Of a stretch of 64,000 nucleotides of DNA, positions 59,796 to 64,000 are shown piece after piece. Within the stretch, counting starts at the first letter, position 1. Each line of letters starts with the position of its first letter. The position numbers and the translations under genes were made by a program. The notes below the pieces were generated by a model. That model saw nothing but the letters and a program-made list of their open reading frames with translations, had not been told where the DNA came from and ran no database searches. Origin of the DNA: Antedon mediterranea (Eukaryota; Animalia; Echinodermata); NCBI RefSeq assembly GCF_964355755.1, contig NC_092671.1:6200001-6264000 (forward strand), in the 5' to 3' direction.

Positions 59796-61072
59796 ATGGG
59801 CATCTGTGAAAAAAACTCGTACCATGCCCGTTTTGCGTGATGTCTACGTCTTTATACAGTTGAATCTGGCATCAGTCACGTGTCGTTCTTCTTTCCTGTC
59901 TCGCACTTCTGTTTATTGCCTCGTCACGTGCGTGTCGCGTCTTTTGTCTTCATCATCCATAAAAAATAGTATAAACAAAAATCACGGATAATAAATTAAT
60001 TTGATGCAACTTCAAGTCCTGTGTTGTATACATACACCTTTGTTGCATTAAACCAATCAGCTCTGTTGATGTTCAAAACAATCAAGTTAAATTGTTGCAT
60101 TTTAAAAAGAGATTGAAGTTTTTTTTTTGTGGTATTTGGTTGAAACACTTTAAAAAGTAGTTTTAAAAATCTAGTGCTGTACTGTTTTTAAAAAAAATTT
60201 AAAATGTTTGTTTTTTCCCCTTTGAATTGAAAGTTACTAAGCTCTTATCATGGCGAAAATGTTTAATAATAAAATGAGCTTTAATTAGTTTCTGTTTTTC
60301 CCCTGTTTAACAGTTGTCAGAATAGAAAAAAAATTTTTTCTATGATTATTATTATTATTATTATTATTATGAATGTAGTATAGATGTTAAACATAGAGTA
60401 GGTAATTTTAAAACCAATGAATTTTTTTGTTCGCCTGATTGTGTTAGTGAAAAAATGAATCTGGAATATATATGTAGTGACAGGGCTTGTAAATTATTAG
60501 TAATAATTTTGGTTTTTATATGTTAATGTAAAGAGAATTGGTTGAATTGTACTGGTGTGCTAACTGTTGTAGTGTGCATTGTTGATACTTTATAGATAAC
60601 AATAGCACATTGGTTATTTCTCTCTTTATTTCATTTAATTTATTTTGATTCTTAATATGCAGTGGTATATGTCGTCAAGCCAAAAGATATTAATTGTTGT
60701 GTTTTGGGTTTTGTTTCGTCAGTTTTTTAGGCATTTTAAAAAAGAAATAATCTTTGTTTGGCTAAGAAATTTGGAAGCGTGCAAGAAAAATAATTGTTTT
60801 GTGTTAAATTATAAATGCTGCCCTTTATCGTAGTTTGTTTTACGAAAAGACAGTGAATGTTTTGGTCGGTTGACTTTGTTACAGTATAAAATAGCCAAAG
60901 GATGATAATATGTTTAATTGTAATGATTAAAAATCTACTTGATATTAGTTAAAATACAGTATGTGTTTGAATATTACCTTAATGTTAAACCAAGTATACA
61001 CTCTTGGAGTTTTAGTTCTGTTATGATTGATATTATAATATATGTAAATTAATACATAACTAAAACACATCA

Positions 61073-61110
61073 GCGTGTGTGTGGGTGTGCGTGCGTGTTG
61101 GTGCGCCTGC
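61073..61110 (+). promoter_or_regulatory. UG/GU-rich tract in the putative 3' UTR (candidate CELF-binding site)
   Basis: gcgtgtgtgtgggtgtgcgtgcgtgttggtgcgcctgc continuing to about 61130; CELF1/2 proteins bind UG/UGU-rich RNA. Confidence 0.35.
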
Positions 61111-63531
61111 GTGTATGTGTGTGCGTGCGTACGTTAGGATATCTGTAGCAGGTAATACTATTGTGATTTTGTAATATAACAGTTTTAATTAATATTGTCC
61201 CAAAAGTATAACAAGTGTGGGATTCCTGATGACTTAAAACTACGGGTATTAAAAAAAAAAGTCGTGTTGAATATGGTATACCTAATATTGCTGTGTTTAA
61301 TTGTGTTTGTTTGCAATTCTGTTATAGAAAATACTTAATTCTTGTGAGAAAAAAACGACAGGCAATTTCAATTTATGTAAAAAAAAATGTGTTTACGACT
61401 GTGATAATCAGTATATTCCTTGATAATTTTATTGTGTTTGAAAAAAAGTCATTGGATGACAAGAGGTTAGACAGCAGGGTAGAATCATATATAATTGATT
61501 TACATTGTTGTGTTATTTAATGGCAATCAGGGTAATGTTTTAAAGCAATTAAATTCTGTTGTATGATGACCTGCATTGTTTGTCGTCGCCTTGGCGATGA
61601 TGAATACCATATCAGTTTTCACAAAGGACAGGTAATTGACAATACTTACTGTATATTTTACATCTGCTATTTTTCTTACTTTAGAAAATAATAAAATATT
61701 TAAAAAACAATAAAAATCATTGACTTTTTGAATTGCTAAATGGCGGTTTTGTTGCACTTGTTAAGTATATTACCGCACCTTGTCTCTTTGTTATGTACAA
61801 TTTGTGATTCCTTGAAACAAGTTTTTGTCTTTGTTATGAGTATAGTTACGTCTCGTGTTAAAATCTTTAGAATGGTCATCGGCCAGAGATGTTTTCATAA
61901 TCCCTATTGTATTCAACAATATTGATATATTAAATATAAACAAATATTTCACTTATTTTAAAATAATATACTGCATGTATGATTCATTAATCAGCCTAGC
62001 ATCAGAATAGCATCATATAATAATCAAATATTATATAGGAAGATTATGCAAAAAAAGTACCCCCTTCCTAAAATATATATTATACATAAACTATATGATA
62101 GACAATATTATAAATTTAGTACAGTATCGTGAATTCCTCATGTAATTGTAATGGTGTTTTACAGTGTTTTTTTTATCAATGTAAATGTTTTTTTTCCGTT
62201 AAATGCACTGTTTTTGTTTGTTGAAATTTAATGCATAGACACATAGCTCTCAAGCACGCTTTTCTACGGCTTTGGGTGCAAAAGATAGAGCCAATTATTT
62301 TAAAAGTACCAGTTTCTTAAGGATGCGCATTTCATTTATTAACAAATAACATCACATTTGTGTTTTAATTTTTAAAATATAACCATGTTATTATTCAATG
62401 TATGTATGTATCTATGTTTGTTGATTTTTAGACATGGTATCGTAAATATGGGTTTCCATTTATGTTTTTTTATTGCAATTTTAGCGAGTTAAGATAATTT
62501 TAGCTTTATTATAAAGGCAGTTAGTTTAGCCAGCTTTGTTAGATAGCACACTTCCTAAATTCAATTTGCACCTTTAATAAAATTAGTAATTTTAATTAGT
62601 ATAACAAGTACCTCTATATATATAAATATATGTGCATGTCATTGGTCATTACATGTTATGTATTATGTATAAAACACTACTATGTCTATTGCGATTATAT
62701 CACTGGGTGAATACACTACATTTGATCTCTCTAGAACGACCCCGCCTTCACCTTTCCAACCTTTAAATATTTGGGGTACCAAAACAAAAAAGAATTTGAT
62801 ATTTAATTTGGACATGGGGATATTTTTCTTATTTAAGGAAATTAAATAATATATTATTTTTATGAGTTAAAATCAATTTTCCAACTTTATGATTATTACA
62901 ATACCAGTGGATGAAGAGTTAGTTTCCAGTTTTAAATAACAATACTGTTAAAACAAATATTGTAGTAAATGTTTAATAAATTGTTTTGTCTGTTTGCCCT
63001 GTTTTGGGGTTATTATGTAGTTACTTGGTTGTGAGTTTTATGGGATTGTTATTTGTTAAATTACAAATTGATTGTTGATATTATGTCTTTAATGTAGTGT
63101 TTAAGTGTATAGTATGCTGTTGGCCACAGCCTCCGTTTCTTCTGTGTATTGCTCACTCACGCATAGTAAAAATACTTAGGTCATTTTATTCTTGATACGA
63201 ACCGTATACAATTAATATCGTTGTTTCAAAACTATTCACATCTTAAATTAACATCACCTTGAGGTCCATCAACGAATCACTCGGCAATTGTAAGAAACTT
63301 TTAACATTACACCATATGTACTCATTCATGTTATTAATAATATAACACAATGTGGCTATTTAAAGATATTTGCATTTATAAAAAAAAAAATGATTTTAAG
63401 CTGTTATGATAAAGTAATTCCTATTTGTACAAAGAAATAAAACCATTTATTTAATGAATATTCATTTTATTGCTTTTAAAGAAGGAAAATCAAACACTTG
63501 AATTTGTTGTTGAAACAGTTGATTTTATAAG

Positions 63532-63544
63532 AGGTCAGAGGTCA
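63532..63544 (+). promoter_or_regulatory. Perfect nuclear-receptor DR1 motif
   Basis: AGGTCA-G-AGGTCA; function untested. Confidence 0.35.
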
Positions 63545-64000
63545 GTCTGTCCGATTGTTTTCTTTAATTAAACTAAATCTAAACAGGTTTTGAGATTTAG
63601 TGGTAAAATAAAACCACAACATTTTTTTGTTTAATGTAACTATTGTTTTTTTCATTCAGAAATCTTTTGTGTTCTATTCTGTGGCCAACACAATTTGTGA
63701 GTGTATTATACTCTGACGATTAAAGTTGCCTTGTCTGCACCGTTTATGTGTGTCTGAGTTTCTATGTTTGTCGCTGCTAAGTGTCCACGTTGCTTTGTTT
63801 GTCAAATGTTTTATGTCTCTTGTCCAGAAATGTACCCATTAATAAGTTGTCGTAATAAAAAATGGATTCATTTAGGTAATGTTTTGAATAAGATATTTTT
63901 TTATCTTCTAAAAACAAAAAGCAAAATCCTTCGAACAAAGTTACTACAGTACTAATTCTACATTGGATTTGAAATGGACCTATTGAATTGAAATATTTTA

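Larger units (their letters stand above)
59796..63640 (+). other. Putative terminal non-coding exon (long 3' UTR) with several candidate polyadenylation signals
   Basis: Follows the acceptor at 59795; U/UG-rich; none of the MITE copies seen in the introns; AATAAA at 59990, 63436 (TGTA just upstream) and 63607 (U/GU-rich tract downstream). The 3' end is uncertain. Confidence 0.45.

Overview
AT-rich animal (probably marine invertebrate) genomic DNA. It is almost entirely occupied by one intron-rich + strand gene encoding a CELF1/2-type (CUGBP Elav-like / Bruno) RNA-binding protein. I reconstructed 17 coding exons by hand (12585..57552; 1713 nt, 570 aa if all are included), all with GT-AG boundaries and compatible phases: RRM1 and RRM2, an Ala/Gln/Gly-rich linker, and RRM3 ending [15 protein letters not shown]. 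An intron follows 5 nt after the stop (57558..59795), and there is a long, UG-rich 3' UTR. The 5' UTR exon(s) lie upstream of 12579 but could not be located. The introns hold about 12 copies of a PIF/Harbinger-type MITE, a Helentron-type (HINE) element nested inside another, a LINE fragment nested in a MITE, long hairpin elements and several minisatellites. The long ORFs at 30.6-32.9 kb are artefacts of a 27-bp repeat. The most interesting signals are: (i) nine consecutive frame-symmetric exons, including apparently duplicated 66-nt exons and a 24-nt microexon, bracketed by inverted MITE pairs; and (ii) a ~70-copy UGUUUG-containing minisatellite just downstream of the 80-nt frameshifting RRM2 exon, a candidate autoregulatory array. 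The regulatory interpretations are inference and untested.
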